From the NCBI RefSeq assembly GCF_964213995.1, contig NW_027590139.1, positions 1,054,001 to 1,118,000 of the forward strand: DNA of 64,000 bases. Reading direction: 5' to 3'. Shown piece by piece: positions 12,406-26,249 of this stretch. Made by a program: the position numbers and the translations under genes. The notes under the pieces were generated by a model that ran no database searches, was not told where the DNA came from, and saw only the letters and a list, made by a program, of their open reading frames with translations. Position 1 is the stretch's first letter. The number at the start of each line of letters is the position of its first letter. The DNA comes from Mustelus asterias (lineage: Eukaryota).

Positions 12406-13041
12406 TACAAAGAACAATACAGCACAGGAACAGGCCCTTCGGCCCTCCAAGTCTGCACCGATCATGTGTTCCTAACATACCATCCGTTTGTATCCCTCTA
12501 TTCCCAGTCTGTTCATGTGGTTATCTAGATAAGTCTTAAATGATCCTAGCGTGTCTGCCTCAACCACCTTGCTTGGCAGTGCATTCCAGGCCCCCACCAC
12601 CCTCTGTGTAAAATACGTCCCCCGCATATCTGTATTGAACCTTGCCCCCCTTACCTTGAACTTGTGACCCCTTGTGTTTGTCATTTCTGACCTGGGAAAA
12701 AGCTTCCAACTGTTCACCCTATCTATGCCCTTCGTAATGTTATAAACTTCTATTAGGTTGCCCCCTCAACCTCTTTCCAGAGAGAACAACCCTAGTTTAC
12801 TCAATCTCTCCTCATAGCTAATACCCTCCATACCAGGCAACATCCTGGTAAACCTTTTCTGCACTCTCTCCAAAGCCTCCACGTCCTCTGGTAGTGTGGT
12901 GACCAGAACTGGACGCAGTATTCCAAATGCGGCCTAACCAACGTTCGATATAACTGCAACATCATGTGCCAACTTTTATACTCTATGCCCCATCCAATAA
13001 AAGCAAGCATGCCATATGCCTTCACCACTTTTTCCACCTGT
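12406..13041 (-). mobile_element. CR1-like LINE 3' fragment
   Basis: Nearly the same sequence as 8388-9030. ORFs 12472..12717 and 12801..13037. Confidence 0.85.
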
Positions 13042-14075
13042 GTGTTTCATTTGTTTTTTGTGGATGTTTGTAGATGTGTTTTATCATTGTTTTGGGCTAC
13101 ATTTGTTCAGGTTTATCTTTCTGGGGAATTAACCTTGTCTTGAGTCTTTAATTAAAGGCATTTTTGGAAGTTTAAAAACAGGATCACAAGAACGCTTAAG
13201 TAATTAATTTTGGTCATTGTTGTTGTAAAGCATATGCTAAGTTTCTCTGTTTGTGTATGGATGATATTTGTAGGTTGAATGCTTCAAGCTTTGAGGTTTT
13301 CTGTCTGTGATTTAAATCAAACAGATTTTTAAAAAAGGAAGTGTGATCAATAAAACTTTTTTTGTTCAGAAGTTATGAACCTGGAGCCATATTTACTGGC
13401 CAGAGACAGGATTCCAGGATATTTTACTAAACATCTGGAAATTTTAATCCGGATACAATTCACCCATGTGAGAATGAGAGTTTTAATTTGTAATGGTTCT
13501 TTAAAATTTGACACATGTGAAATGATTCTGACCAATCCTGTGTTGGATTGATCTTGGGTTAAACTTCCTGTCAGGTCCAAAGATTTATTCCTGACACAAG
13601 TCACACAAAGGAAAGGAAAATTCTGGAATTGGATACTGAAGAAAAGAGTTTAAAAAGAGAGAGTATTAAATAGAAATGATTCCCAGACCATGTGGTCATT
13701 CGATTAAAACAAAGGAAGGGTGCTGACGTCCATTTGATAACTTTTAATCCGCCCCATTTCTAACTAAGGGAGTCGATGTACAAAGAAAGCCCAAGAAAGA
13801 CCCCCCCCCAAGGGGGGTCTGGAAAGCATGATGGGGCACCTGTCCATGAGATGATCACAAAGCCCCATAATGCCCAGATACTAATTTTATTGAACCTATA
13901 ATGTATGTAATCTATCACCATTCTGATTGGATTGTGTCCAGCCGGGATGGGCTGAGTAGCTGGATAAGAATTGATGATATTCTTTGTTGGGTGGAGTTAC
14001 ACATGGTCAGCCCCTGTGGCTTCTCCCCGCTGGCGTAACTCAATAAACTGTTTGTCGATTGAATCAGGCACAACA

Positions 14076-14472
14076 CACTGGGAAGAGATACAAAGTGCCC
14101 TCTCCACTGGAAGCTCATCGGCACAGCCACACTGGGGAGAGGCCGTTCGCCTGCTGGGTGTGTGGGAAGGGATTCACTGATTCATCCACTCTGCAGAGAC
14201 ACCAGCAAGTTCACACTGGTGAGAGTGCATTCACCTGCTGTCAGTGTGGGAAGGGATTTACTCGGATATGAAGCCTGCAGACACACCAGCGAGATCACAC
14301 AGGGGAGAGACCATACAGCTGCTTTCAATGTGGGAAGGGATTCAGTAAGTCATCCAACCTACAGAAACACCAGCGAGTTCACACAGGAGAGCGGCCATTC
14401 AACTGCTCTGCATGTGGGAAAAGATTCACTCAGTTATCGAATCTGCTGAGACACCAGCGAGTTCAGAAGTGA
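14076..14472 (+). pseudogene. C2H2 zinc-finger pseudogene C (5'-truncated, ~5 fingers)
   Basis: HTGERPF fingers with an in-frame TGA at ~14269, followed by the family 3'UTR (14475-14710) shared with B, D and I. Confidence 0.85.
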
Positions 14473-14844
14473 ATATGGGGATGAGAGTCTGCTGTTATTG
14501 TTTCTGCTCTCAATTACATCCAGGACTGCATTTTGTTCAGTCTCACAGTTGGTCATTGGGGAGGGTCGGAGGGTTTCTTTCTGCTGGACTGGCCGGTCTC
14601 ACAACTTTGCCTCCAGTGGGCTGATGCTCTTTGAGTCTTGTTGCAAATACCTGATTTCAAATTTCACAAGAATGACAGAGTGACCGGGTGTGAGGAAGTT
14701 CAGAGATATTTAGTCAGCATTTATTTTTGAAATGCCCCAAACGCTCATCCAATTTCCTTTGTAATTGTTTATTGTCTCCACTTCCTCCACCCTCGTAGGC
14801 AGCGAGTTCCAGGTCATTACCATTCGCTGCATCAAAATAATCCC

Positions 14845-15650
14845 ATCATAATTCCACCTCCCCCAATTGTAAACCTTGCCCTGCCGTACGGCCCTATCCC
14901 TCTCCATTGCAATAACGAAAGACACCGAATTGTGGTCACTATCTCCAAAGTGCTCTCCCACAAACAAACCGAACACTTGGTACTGGGTAATGAAACGGGC
15001 CAAGTCCAATGTGGCCCCACCTCTTGTCGGCCTATCCACATATTGTGTCAGGAAACCCTCCTGCACACACTGTACAAAAACTGCCCCATCCGAACTATTT
15101 GACCTATAAAGGTTCCAATCAATATTTGGAAAGTTAAAGTCACCCATGACAACTACCTTGTGACCTCCACACCTATCCATAATCTGCTTTGCAATTTCTT
15201 CCTCCACATCTCTATTACTATTTGGGGGCCTATAGAAAACTCCTAACAACGTGACCGCTCCTTTCCTATTTCTAACTTCAGCCCATATTACCTCAGTAGG
15301 CAGATCCCCCTCGAACTGTCTTTCTGCAGCCGTTAAACTATCCTTGATTAATAATGCTACTCCTCCACCTCTTTTACCACCTTCCCTACTCTTACTGAAA
15401 CATCTATACCCCAGAACTTCCAACAACCATTCCTGTCCCTGTTCTAACCATGTCTCCGTAATGGCCACAACATTGTAGTCCCAAGTACCAATCCACACTC
15501 CAAGTTCACCTGCCTTATTCCAGATGCTCCTTGCATTGAAGTAGACACACTTCAACCCACCTTCCTGTCTGCCGGTACACTCCTGCAACCTTGATACCCT
15601 CCTCAGTACCTCACAACACTCAACACTGGCTTCTGGACTACAGCTCATTT
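14845..15650 (-). mobile_element. CR1 ORF2 APE endonuclease fragment
   Basis: NARS, ITETW, GGGVAL, YRPP, GDFN and SDH motifs in ORF 14710..15648. Confidence 0.9.
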
Positions 15651-16560
15651 TCCCATTCCCATTTCAAAGTTTATTTTTAGAAAGGTAAAATTATGAATAA
15701 CAATAATGACTTTCACTAACTCCATTGAGTGACCACCCCAAGTAGAAATGTGAATCTTCCTCGGGGTCCTGAACCAAAGGCGATTTCCCAAAATCCTGCC
15801 CCAGGGGCACTCAGTACCTCCACAACTAGAGTCCAACCTGCAAAGCCCAAGATCACTCACAAATCCCACTGAGCATTCTAACACAGCTCCCAGCTCCAAT
15901 ACAGCTATAAATGTTATACTGTTAGTCAGAGCACAGAACATTGTTCAAAAATTCCTATTTTGCCTATGTAGGTTTATTATTAAAACTTCACCCAAAGACT
16001 TGTCTGTAATCCAGAAACTGTTTGTTCCTCAAACAAGTAAACAACCTTGCTGATATTAGAACCTTGATGTGGAGCATTTGATTAACATGTGATTTTACTC
16101 TAATGCAGGGGTGTTACATCCATCACCCCTTTTACTAAATCTATTCATTCACTCTGGCATTTTCCCCCTTTTCCTCATTGGCTTAGCCCAAGGTAGCCAA
16201 CTTCCATTCCCTTTACAATCTCCTTCTCACAACTAATTTTCAGACATAATTGAAATGGTATAATTGGATATAAAAGCAGTGATAACATATAATTGCTGTA
16301 TAAATTGCATAGATTCAAAACAATTCTCAAGCTGTCCCTTAACCTGCTCCATCTTGTAATAATTCTTATTCAGTATTATTTCTCCCGCGCCTTCATTTGT
16401 CCCAGTCCAAAATTCCATTTACTTTAATTTGTTCTTCCAGTCAGTTTCTCTGGAGTCTGTGTCAGTGCCTTGATCATTTCAAAATGATTTCTTACTCTTC
16501 AGGTCATATTAACCATTTCATGTCACGCTGTTAGTCAAGCAGCTGAGAAAGTCCCATTTG

Positions 16561-16885
16561 AATCATAGAATCATTACAGTGCAGAAGGAGGCCATTTGGC
16601 CCATCGTGTCTGCACAGCCCACAATCCCATCCAGGCTCTATCCCCAAAACCCCATTTATTTACCCTGCTAGTTCGCCTGACGCTCAGAAGCAATTTACTA
16701 TGGCCAATCAACCTAACCTGCATATCTTTGGAGTGTGGGAGGAAACCGGAGCACCTGGAGGAAACCCACGCAGATACGGAGAGATTGTGCAAACTCCACA
16801 CAGACAGTGACCCGAGGCCAGAATTGAACCCGGGTCCTTGGGCGCTATGACGAAGCACTGCTAACCATTGTGCCACCGTGCCACA
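16561..16885 (-). mobile_element. tRNA-derived SINE (HE1/V-SINE-like)
   Basis: GTGGCACAATGGTTAGC A-box head, GGTTCAATTC B-box, central TGCGTGGGTTTCCTCC domain, CR1-like tail. Confidence 0.85.
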
Positions 16886-17403
16886 CTTCATTCTTCAATA
16901 CAGCTGCACTGTGCACTCTCGCATATTAGTTCATTCACAACTTACAAACCAATTCTGCAATCTCACATCAGTGTTCCAATTCCTTCTTTAATTCTCTGTT
17001 GGAGTCTCACATTCATAAGCCATCTTCACACATTTCCCTCCATGTTAAATGTTGTCTCTCATGTTGTTGTTATTAACCAGACATGTACTTTGTCTTGCTT
17101 GTTGTTATCTCTCTGTCCTCTCCCACAAATCCTTGTTGTGTATTTGTGAAAGGTTTATCAGGTCTATAGCGATGGTGCTGGGTATTTTACCAATCATCAT
17201 CCTGAATTCCACTCTCTTTCAAAGGATGCACCATCCAATAATTCTGCTGGAAACTTCAAAAGAAAGTCAAAAGCCGGGGTCAAAGGGGTTTTCCATCTCA
17301 ACGTATTTGCTTATTTCCCCCTGTACAATCCCAACGTCTCAGATGGCGGCCAGATTATAAAATTCAGTTCTCTCAAATAGTTCATGGACAAAGAAACAAA
17401 CAA

Positions 17404-17670
17404 GGGGTGGCACGGTGGCTCGCACTGCTGCCTCACAGCACCAGGGATCTGGGTTTGATTCCCGACTTGGGTCACTGTCTGTGCGGAGTTTGCACATTCT
17501 CCCCGTGTCTGCGTCGGTTTCCTCCGGGTACTCCGGTTTCCTCCCACAGACTGAAAGACATGCTGGTTAGGTGCATTGTCCCAAACAGGCGCCGGAATGT
17601 GGTGACTAGGGGAATTTCACAGTGACGTCATTGCAATAAGCCTTACTTGTGACACTAATAAATAAACTTT
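17404..17670 (+). mobile_element. tRNA-derived SINE (HE1-like)
   Basis: Same head and central domain. Ends in ACTAATAAATAAACTTT. Confidence 0.8.
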
Positions 17671-17924
17671 AAATATCTCCAAGAAAAAGCTGTCACCTCA
17701 TTTACCTCGTCTATACTTCCCCTTTACCAGAATGTTCCATACCCGAATGTATGCATTCCTTTAAACTGCACTTTCCGGAGTTCTGGAGAATCTTTTAAAA
17801 CATGAAATATGCTCATAATATCTTTAAAAAGAAACCGAACATTTCACAGTAACTTCATTGCAGTGTTAATGCAAGTCTAGTTGTGACACTAATAAATAAA
17901 CTTTAAAAACTTTAAGAATATTTG

Positions 17925-18287
17925 AAGTCAAAGTTTATTCATTAGTCACAAGTAGGCTTACATTCACACTGCAATGAAGTTACTGCGAAAATCCCTTAGT
18001 CGCCACACTCCGGCGCCTGCTCTGGCACACTGCGGGAGAATTTAGCCTAGCCAATGCACCTAACTAGCACGTCTTTTTGACTGTGGGAGGAAACTGGAGC
18101 ACCCGGAGGAAATCCACGCAGACACAGGGAGAACGTGCAGACTCCGCCAGACAGTGACCCAAGTCAGGAATCGAACCGGGTCCCTGGCCTATTTGCTACC
18201 AAATAAACCTGTTGGACTTTAACCTGGTGTTGTGAGACTTCTTACTGTGAGACAGCCATGAGAACCATTGTGCCACAGTGCTGCCCC
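17925..18287 (-). mobile_element. tRNA-derived SINE interrupted by a ~57-bp Penelope pLTR end (18191-18247)
   Basis: The SINE head is broken by ATTTGCTACCAAATAAACC...CTTCTTACTG, which matches the pLTR terminus. Confidence 0.75.
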
Positions 18288-20149
18288 AAATTTGTGTTTG
18301 ATTCCAGGCATTATCAACTTTGTTCTTTCCCTTAAACAACAGGTGATTTCCATTTTCAATGCTTGAAATAGCAACTCACATCAGATGTTTATCAATTCCA
18401 GTATCCTAAGCAGGCTTGGTGGTTTTCTGAAAAGTAAAGTCTTTTATTCTCTGCTTTAATTCTCAAAACTGTTGACTTCACTCAGAGCTGGAAACCATCA
18501 TCACCTGTTTAAAAAACACAAACAATCCATCTGGCTCTGGCCAAGATCTCAGTGAGTTAATATGTCCAAGTATAGGTTACATTAAAAAACAAAGGCTGTG
18601 TGGAGATTTATAACAATCAACTGTCTGCTGAAAGTGTTAACTTCTCTGTGGAACCGAGAGAGGCGGGGAGTGGGCAGAGGAAACTTGGCAATTGCATCAA
18701 CTTACATAATTTAAAAAACTTCTCTCGTGTTATTTTCTTCAATTTTGTTCCAATTTCATCTCTTTTATCGATCCTTTTTTGAACACCAATTTCAACTTTC
18801 AATATTTTCCACTTAATCAAAGTTGAAAGAAATACTTTGTGAAATATGTTGTTAACCGAATCTCAACAATTTTAACTCAGATGTTTAGGAAAGTTGGAAC
18901 TGGTTTGCTGCCAAACTGCAGCCTGATCTTTGTGTTTTGGGAGCAAATTGGCCTTCACAATTCTAACCTTGAACAACTTAATTTCAAACCCAAATACATT
19001 CCTTTCACATTTTAGTACAGTCTGAATTTATTTCAAACAGAAACACACGGCAGTTCAAATTAAATTAATTTTTATTCCCTTTCCAAACTAATTCTTCGAA
19101 TCTGTGATGCTTTCAAACAACACCCTGCTTCAACAATTATGACTCAAATGTACAGCATTCCTTCAACTGGGCAAACCAACTTGGAGTAAGCGTTGTGGAT
19201 CATGATGGTGCAGAAGTCATGGCTAATCACACACACCTGCATTCCCTTATCACACAGGAGAGGCAGAGGAGAAGGGGGAGTGCTTTCAGTGATTCTTTTT
19301 TTGGAGAAAACAACTACATTTACTCACTGGTGACTGATTTGTGTCTCAGGTTGTTTGATGTTAGCTAAACACAGGGAGTGGTCTGCTTCAGGGGAGGTGT
19401 CACTTTGTGGCTGAATTAACTTCCTCAAAGTCCCCACGGCATTTTCTCACTCTTCACTTGATCTGATATTTTCTGACTGTAAATCAATATCTTGTTCCAG
19501 AGTTTGGCCGAACAGCAGTAGATTTTTCTGAGCTCCACTCACCCTATCATCTGCCCCCTGTTCCCAATGTAACTGATTGTCCAGGTGAGACGTGCTCTCC
19601 TGCCAGCAATCAGCTCCATTCTGCAGCTTATCCACCAGTTCCCTCAACTCTTTATATTTTGTACTCAGCTGTGAGGCACAGGTTTCCAATGTAACTGTAA
19701 ATTAATTTATTCTGGACTTTTTCCAACTTGCTGCTTCCTTTCTGAATCTCTTTAGAAAACCAATCAAGGACCCGCACGTAATCTCCGTCGCATTCTTCTC
19801 CACCTCCCAGGGTATCTTTTGCTCCTGATGCCCTTGACTCCGTTGTCAATCTGTCAGTCACATTGTAGCAGATGCCAAAGCCATTGTTGTATTTGCTTTT
19901 TTGAGGCAGCAGTGCTAACCACTGTGCCACTGGATGGAATGCTGGCCCAGTGGAGAGAAACATAGAAACTAGAAGCAGGAGTAGGCCATTCGGCCCCTTG
20001 AGCCTGCTCCACCATTCATCTTGATCATGGCTGATCATTGAATTCAATTTCCTGATTCGCCCCTTCCTTCCATATCCCTTGATCCCTTTAGCCCCAAGAG
20101 TATATCTCATATCTTCTTGAAATCAGGCAATGTTTTGGCCTCAACTATC

Positions 20150-20510
20150 GGGTGACATGGTGGCACAGTGGTTAGCACTGCTACCTCACAGCGTCAGGCA
20201 TTTAATTCCAGCCTTGGGTGAGTGTCTGTTTGGAATTTGCATGTTCTCCCTGTGTCTGCGTGGGCTTCCTCCGGGTGCTCCAGTTTCCACCCACAGACCA
20301 AAGATGCCCAGATTCAGTGGATTTGCAATGTTGAATTCCCTCTTCGTCTCCCAAGCTGTGTGGGTTAGATAGGTTAGCCATGGTAAATGTGTGAGATTAC
20401 AGGGATAGGGCAGGGGAGAGGGCCTGGGTAAGGTGCTCTGTTGGAGAGATGGTGCAGACTCGATGGTCCGAATGGTCCCTTCTGCACTGGAGGGATTCTA
20501 TGATTCAATG
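20150..20510 (+). mobile_element. tRNA-derived SINE (HE1-like)
   Basis: GGTGGCACAGTGGTTAGCACTG head and GGGATTCTATGATTC tail. Confidence 0.8.
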
Positions 20511-21099
20511 AACACAGGAATGGTCAGAATTATTTCACATGTCCCAAATTTTAAATAACCATTACAATTAAAACTCTCTCATACTCATATGTGTGAGTTT
20601 GAATCTGGATTAAAATTCCCACAAGTTTAGCAAAGTTTCCTGGAATCATGTCTCTGGCCAGTAAATGTGGCTCCAGGTTCACAACGTTTATGAAAAAAAG
20701 CTTTATTAATTACACGTCCTTTATTTAAATGTTTGATTTAAATCACAGACAGAAAACCTGAAAGCTTGAAGCATTCAACAAATATCATCCACACACAAAC
20801 AGAGAAACATAGCATGTGCTTTACAACAATAAACAAAATTAATTCCTTAAGCGTTCTTGTGGTTCTGTTTCTAAACTTCCAGAAATGCCTTTAATTAAAG
20901 ACTCAAGATAAGGTTAATTCCCCAGAAAGATAAACCTTAACAAATGTAGCCCAAAACAATAATAAAACACATCTACAAACATCCACATAAAACAAATGAA
21001 ACACACAGGTTCTCACAGCTCGTAAATTTCAAACAATGAATCCTCAGCATTCTCTCTCGCAGCTATAGCTTCTTAAAGCGACAGAGCACCACAAACGTT

Positions 21100-22016
21100 T
21101 CGCAATATACATTAATGATTTGGAAGATGGAACTGAAGGCATTGTTGCTAAGTTTGCAGATGATACAAAGATATGTAGAGGGGCAGGTAGTATTGAGGAA
21201 GCAGAGGGGCTGCAGAAGGACTTTGATGGGCTAGGAGAGTGGGCAAAGAAGTGGCAGATGGAATACAATGTGGAAAAGTGTGAGATTATGTACTTGGGGA
21301 GGAGGAATGGAGACATCGACTATTTCCTAAATGGGGAAATGTTTCAGAAATCAGAAGCACAAAGGGACTTGGGAGTCATTGTTCAAGATTCTCTTGAAGT
21401 TAACGTGCAGGTTTAGTTGGCAGTTCGAAAGGCAGATGCAATGTTAGCATTCATGTCAAGAGGGCTAGAATACAAGAGCAGCGATGTACTTCTGAGACTG
21501 TATAAGGCTCTGGTCAGACCCCATTTGGAGTATTGTGAGCAGTTTTGAGCCCCACATCTAAGGAACGATATGCTGGTCTTGGAAAGGGTCTGGAGGAGCT
21601 TCACAAGAATGATCTCTGGAATGAAGAGCTTGTCGTATGAAGAATGGTTGAGGACTCTGGGTCTGCACTCATTGGAGTTTAGAAGGATGAAGGGAGATCT
21701 TATTGAAACTTAGTGGGAAAAAACTAGAGGGCACAACCTCAGGCTAAAGGGATGATCCTTTAAAACAGAGATGAGGAGGAATTTCTTCAGCCAGAGAGTG
21801 GTGAATCTGTGGAACTCTTTGCCACAGAAGGCTGTGAAGGTCAGTTCATTGAGTGTCTGTAAGACAGAGATAGATAGGTTCTTGATTAATAAGGGGATCA
21901 GGGGTTATGTGGAAAAGGCAGGAGAATTTGGATGAGAAAAATATCAGCCATGATTGAATAGCGGAGAAGACTCGATGGGCCGAGTGGCCTAATTCTGCTC
22001 CTGTGTCTTATGGTCT
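21100..22016 (+). mobile_element. CR1-like LINE 3' fragment
   Basis: FADDTK, YNVEKCE and the 3'UTR, with stops. Confidence 0.85.
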
Positions 22017-23205
22017 AAGCTCACAACTCCTTGATTAAAATAAGACACAAGATCCTTCATTCCCCTTCATTATAACTTAAACTTTTTTTAGCCAACTTCC
22101 AAGGCCTGATTTTATCGGAAACATCAAGTCTTTGTTGATTTAAAATCCCAAACATGTTGCCAGCTGCAAAATCTTTGTTTTAGCTAATTTTAGCTCATTC
22201 TGAGTAAATATTCTCACCAGGTCCTCTGTTGGGGCCCTGCTAAGCAGCTTTAATGGTTCATGATTGCAGAAACTGAGCAGTCACAGGAATGTCGTTAAGA
22301 TAGTCCAGTCCCATAATGCCTCACATTCAATCTGCAGTCCTTCAATTATAACAGAATATGTGGCTGTATGTAGCTGCCTCGGCCATGGTCAACCCCAACA
22401 CTGCCTTCCTGAACTGCTACAATGCCTGAGGTGTAAGTACACCCACAGTGCTGTTAGGGAGGGATTTCCAGCTACACATTCCACACTTTCACTAGACTGT
22501 AGGTGGATATCAGATTGAGGTATTCCATTCAACCACACCCAAGGTGAGTTATTCCAATTCTGTTATTGTCCAGGACAATATATTCACAATATCATTAAAA
22601 CAGAAATTAAACATTCCCATTTGATTTCAGGTATTAACATATTCTGTTAGTTTGTTCTTTATTGTCGATGTCAGGCTGGGGTTGTTTCCCTTGGAGCAAA
22701 GGAGGTTGAGGGGAGATTTGATAGAGGTGGACAAGATTCTGACAGGTTTAGATAAGGTGGACAAAGAAAAGCTGTTCCCATTAGCTGATGGGACAAGGAT
22801 GAGGGGGACACAGATTTAAGGTTTTGGATCAGAGATGCGTGGGGGTGGGATGTGACGAAGAATATTTTGATGCAGCGAATGGTAATGAGCTGGAACTTGC
22901 TGCCTACGAGGGTGGAGGAAGTGGAGACAATAAACAATTACAAAGGAAATTGGATGGGCATTTGAGGGGATTTCAAACAAAAATAGTGACTCTTAACTTC
23001 CTCACACCCTGTCACTCTGTGATCCTTGTGAAATTTGGTAACACGACTCAAAGAGCATCAGCCCACTGGAGGCAAAGTCATGAGACCGGCCAGTCCAGCA
23101 GAAAGAAACCCTCCGACCCTCCCCATTGACCAACTGTGAGAATGAACAAAATACAGTCCTGGATGTAATTGAGAGCAGAAACAATAACAGAAACAACCCC
23201 TGGAA

Positions 23206-24216
23206 TCACTCGTGAACTTGTTGGTGTCTCAGCAGGGCGGATGAAAGACTGAATCTCTTCTCACACACAGAGCAGCTGAACGGTCTCTCCCCAGTGTGAA
23301 CTCGCTGGTGTATCTGGAGGTGGGAGGACCGAGTGAATCCCTTCGCACATTGAGAGCAGGTGAACGGCTTCTCCCCAGTGTGAACTCGCTGGTGTGTCAG
23401 CAGGCTGGATGACTGAGTGAATCCCTTCCCACACTGAGAGCAGGTGAATGGCCTCTCCCCAGTGTGAACTCGCTGGTGTATCTGCAGCTGGGATGACTGA
23501 GTAAATCCCTCCCCACATTGAGAGCAGGTGAATGGCCTCTCCCCAGTGTGAACTCGCTGGTGTGTCTGCAGGTGGGATGACCGACTGAATCCCTCCCCAC
23601 ATTGAGAGCAGGTGAATGGCCTCTCCCCAGTGTGAACCCGCTGGTGTGTCTGCAGGTGGGATGACTGAGTGAATCCATTCCCACACTGAGAGCAGGTGAA
23701 TGGCCTCTCCCCAGTGTGAACTCGGTGGTGTATCCGCAGGTGGGATGACTGAGTGAATCCCTTCCCACACTGAGAGCAGGTGAATGGCCTCTCTCCAGTG
23801 TGAACTCGCTGGTGTGCCCGCAGGTTGAATGACTGAGTGAAACCCTTCCCACACTGAGGGCAGGTGAATGGCCTTTCCCCAGTGTGAACTCGCCGGTGTG
23901 ACTGCAGGCTGGATGAACAAGTGAATCCCTTCCCACACTGAGGGCAGGTGAACGGCCTCTCCCCAGTGTGAACTCGCTGGTGTGTCCGCAGGCTGGATAA
24001 ATGACTGAATCCCTCCCCGCACTGAGAACACGTGAACGGTCTCTCCCCAGTGTGAACTCGCTGGTGTGACTGCAGGCTGAATGACTGAGTGAATCCCTCC
24101 CCACACTGAGAGCAGGTGAATGGTCTCTCCCCAGTGTGGTTGCGCCGATGAGCTTCCAGCTCTGATGGGGCTCTGTATCTCTTCCCACAGTCCCCACATT
24201 TCCACGGTTTCTCCAT
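23206..24216 (-). CDS. C2H2 zinc-finger protein D, 12 fingers, 336 aa, apparently intact
   Basis: Kozak ACCATGG at 24216 (MEKPWKC...) to TGA at 23206. Splice acceptor TTTTACAG at ~24568. Confidence 0.85.
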   Translation of the reverse strand: MEKPWKCGDCGKRYRAPSELEAHRRNHTGERPFTCSQCGEGFTQSFSLQSHQRVHTGERPFTCSQCGEGFSHLSSLRTHQRVHTGERPFTCPQCGKGFTCSSSLQSHRRVHTGERPFTCPQCGKGFTQSFNLRAHQRVHTGERPFTCSQCGKGFTQSSHLRIHHRVHTGERPFTCSQCGNGFTQSSHLQTHQRVHTGERPFTCSQCGEGFSRSSHLQTHQRVHTGERPFTCSQCGEGFTQSSQLQIHQRVHTGERPFTCSQCGKGFTQSSSLLTHQRVHTGEKPFTCSQCAKGFTRSSHLQIHQRVHTGERPFSCSVCEKRFSLSSALLRHQQVHE

Positions 24217-24735
24217 GGTGCAGGTGTCCTTACCTCTCTCTTGGGTGGACAATCAGTTGAAGTCTCGTCCACACTCACAACACGGGTACAGTCTCTCCCT
24301 GCTGTGAATGGTGTGATATTTATTCAGGCTGTGTAACTGGTTAAAGCTCTTTAGTTAGTGCACTGGAACACTCTCACTCGAGTGTGGCAGTGTGTTGCTG
24401 CTTTTCCAGTCACACTGACATTTCAAATCTTTTCAAATCAACAGACTGGACAATCATTTCTCCTTCCAGATTCAAAGTCCGATGATATTCAGCTCCCAAG
24501 GAATATGACTTTGTCAGATCTAGACGTGACGTTTGAGATTTCGGCCTGTGATTCCTCTTTCAATATCCTGTAAAACAGGTTGACAAAAGTCATCAGTGTC
24601 AGTACAGGATAGAAATTCAGAACAGACAATTCTAGTTTCTATGGAACATTCTTTCCTATTTCAGTCCCAAAAAGCTGTAAATTTCCATCCCACACACTCT
24701 CCCTCCATTCTCACTCTGCTGTATCTAATATTCAC

Positions 24736-24801
24736 CCTCCCAATTCTCCTGAAGGTGCTGATTGAGGCTGATTGACAGATCCATGCTCACTGCTTCCTGT
24801 C
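24736..24801 (-). other. Putative 66-nt mini-exon of gene D containing uORF MDLSISLNQHLQENWE
   Basis: TGTGTCCAG acceptor and GTGAAT donor. Identical to 58434-58499. Confidence 0.6.
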
Positions 24802-25373
24802 CTGGACACAGAGACCATAACAAATAGGAGCTGCAGTCGGCCATTTGGCCCATCGATTCTTTTAAACTATTCAATGAGATAATTCGTTCATCTACCTCAG
24901 CATCATTCTCCCCACACTAAACCCATATCCCTTGATATATTCAATATCTAGAAACCAATCAATCTCTCTCTTGCAAGTAGTTGATGACTGAGGCTTCACT
25001 GTCCTCAGGGATTGAGAATTCCAAAGCTTTCCCACATCCTTGAGTGAAGAAATCCCCCCACGTCTTAGCTTTTGCTCCATCTTCTTGTCTGTTCCCCATA
25101 ACCCTTGACACCCTTGTCAGTCAAAGATCTGTCTAACTGGAATATATTCAATGATCCTCAGCCTCCACTGGTCCCTGTGGAAGAGAAATCCAAAAGACTA
25201 ACAACCCTCTGAGGGAAGAGATGTCTGGAAATATATAACGTAGCTACAGTTCCATATTACAAGATATTCAGATCCCAAGGAATATGGCTCTGTCTAGACG
25301 TGACGGTTGAGATTTTTGCCTTTGATTCCTCATTCAATATCCTATGAAATGAGTTTGCAAAAGTCATCACAGT

Positions 25374-25734
25374 CATAGAATCATAGAAACCCTACAGTGC
25401 AGAAGGAGGCCATTCGGCCCATCGAGTCTGCACCGACCACAATCCCACCCAGGCCTTACCCGCTAATCCCTTTTTTTTTTTACCCGCTAATTTACCCGCT
25501 AATCCCTCTAACCTACGCATCCCAGGACTCTAAGGGACAATTTTTAACCTGGCCAATCAACCTAACCCGCACATCTTTGGACTGTGGGAGGAAACCGGAG
25601 CACCCGGAGGAAACCCACGCAGACACGAGGAGAATGTGCAAACTCCACACAGACAGTGACCTGAGCCGGGAATCGAACCCAGGACCCTGGAGCTGTGAAG
25701 CAGCAGTGCTAACCACTGTGCTACCGTGCCGCCC
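25374..25734 (-). mobile_element. HE1-like SINE inserted in a duplicated ZNF acceptor cassette (25260-25830)
   Basis: Full tRNA head, central domain and TTTCTATGATTCTA tail. The flanks repeat 24470-24690. Confidence 0.85.
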
Positions 25735-26249
25735 CTGTCAGTATAGGATAGAAATTCAGAGCAGCCAATTCTAGTTTCTATGGAACATTCTTTCCTATTT
25801 CATTCCCAAAAAGTTGTAAATCTCCATCCATATCTATGGATTCTATTTAAAAACGAAAGTGGATGGGCATTTGAAGGAAATAAACTTTCAGGAGAATGGG
25901 GATATAGAGGGGGATTGGGACTGGAATGTTATACAGAGAGTCAGAATGGACTCGAGTTACCGAATGGATTCCTTCTGTGCTGTAATGACTTTATGACTGG
26001 AAATGTATAACATCGCTATAGCATTATATTACAATGCAAGAACTAATAATAAAAGTATTTTATTACAGAAACATAAATAATATATCTAATCTGGGTACCA
26101 TATAATAACACTAGACAGATCTCTGTCCTATATTAACATACTGTCCCCTTAAATGTCAGCCATCTCCTGGGGAAAGCTGCCCTTTAATGTGAACATGAGG
26201 AAAAAGACCATCCTTTTCGACAGACAAATAAATGTGTCAAGCTGAGGGA

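Noticed and set aside
13798-13820. AGACCCCCC…GGGGGGTCT hairpin, possibly within an LTR ending ~14075
   Set aside because: Low-complexity stem. LTR boundaries and a target duplication could not be established.
16800-16885. tRNA-like A/B boxes as tRNA genes (also 17404, 20150, 25680, 52097)
   Set aside because: They are SINE heads followed by the SINE body, with no complete cloverleaf.
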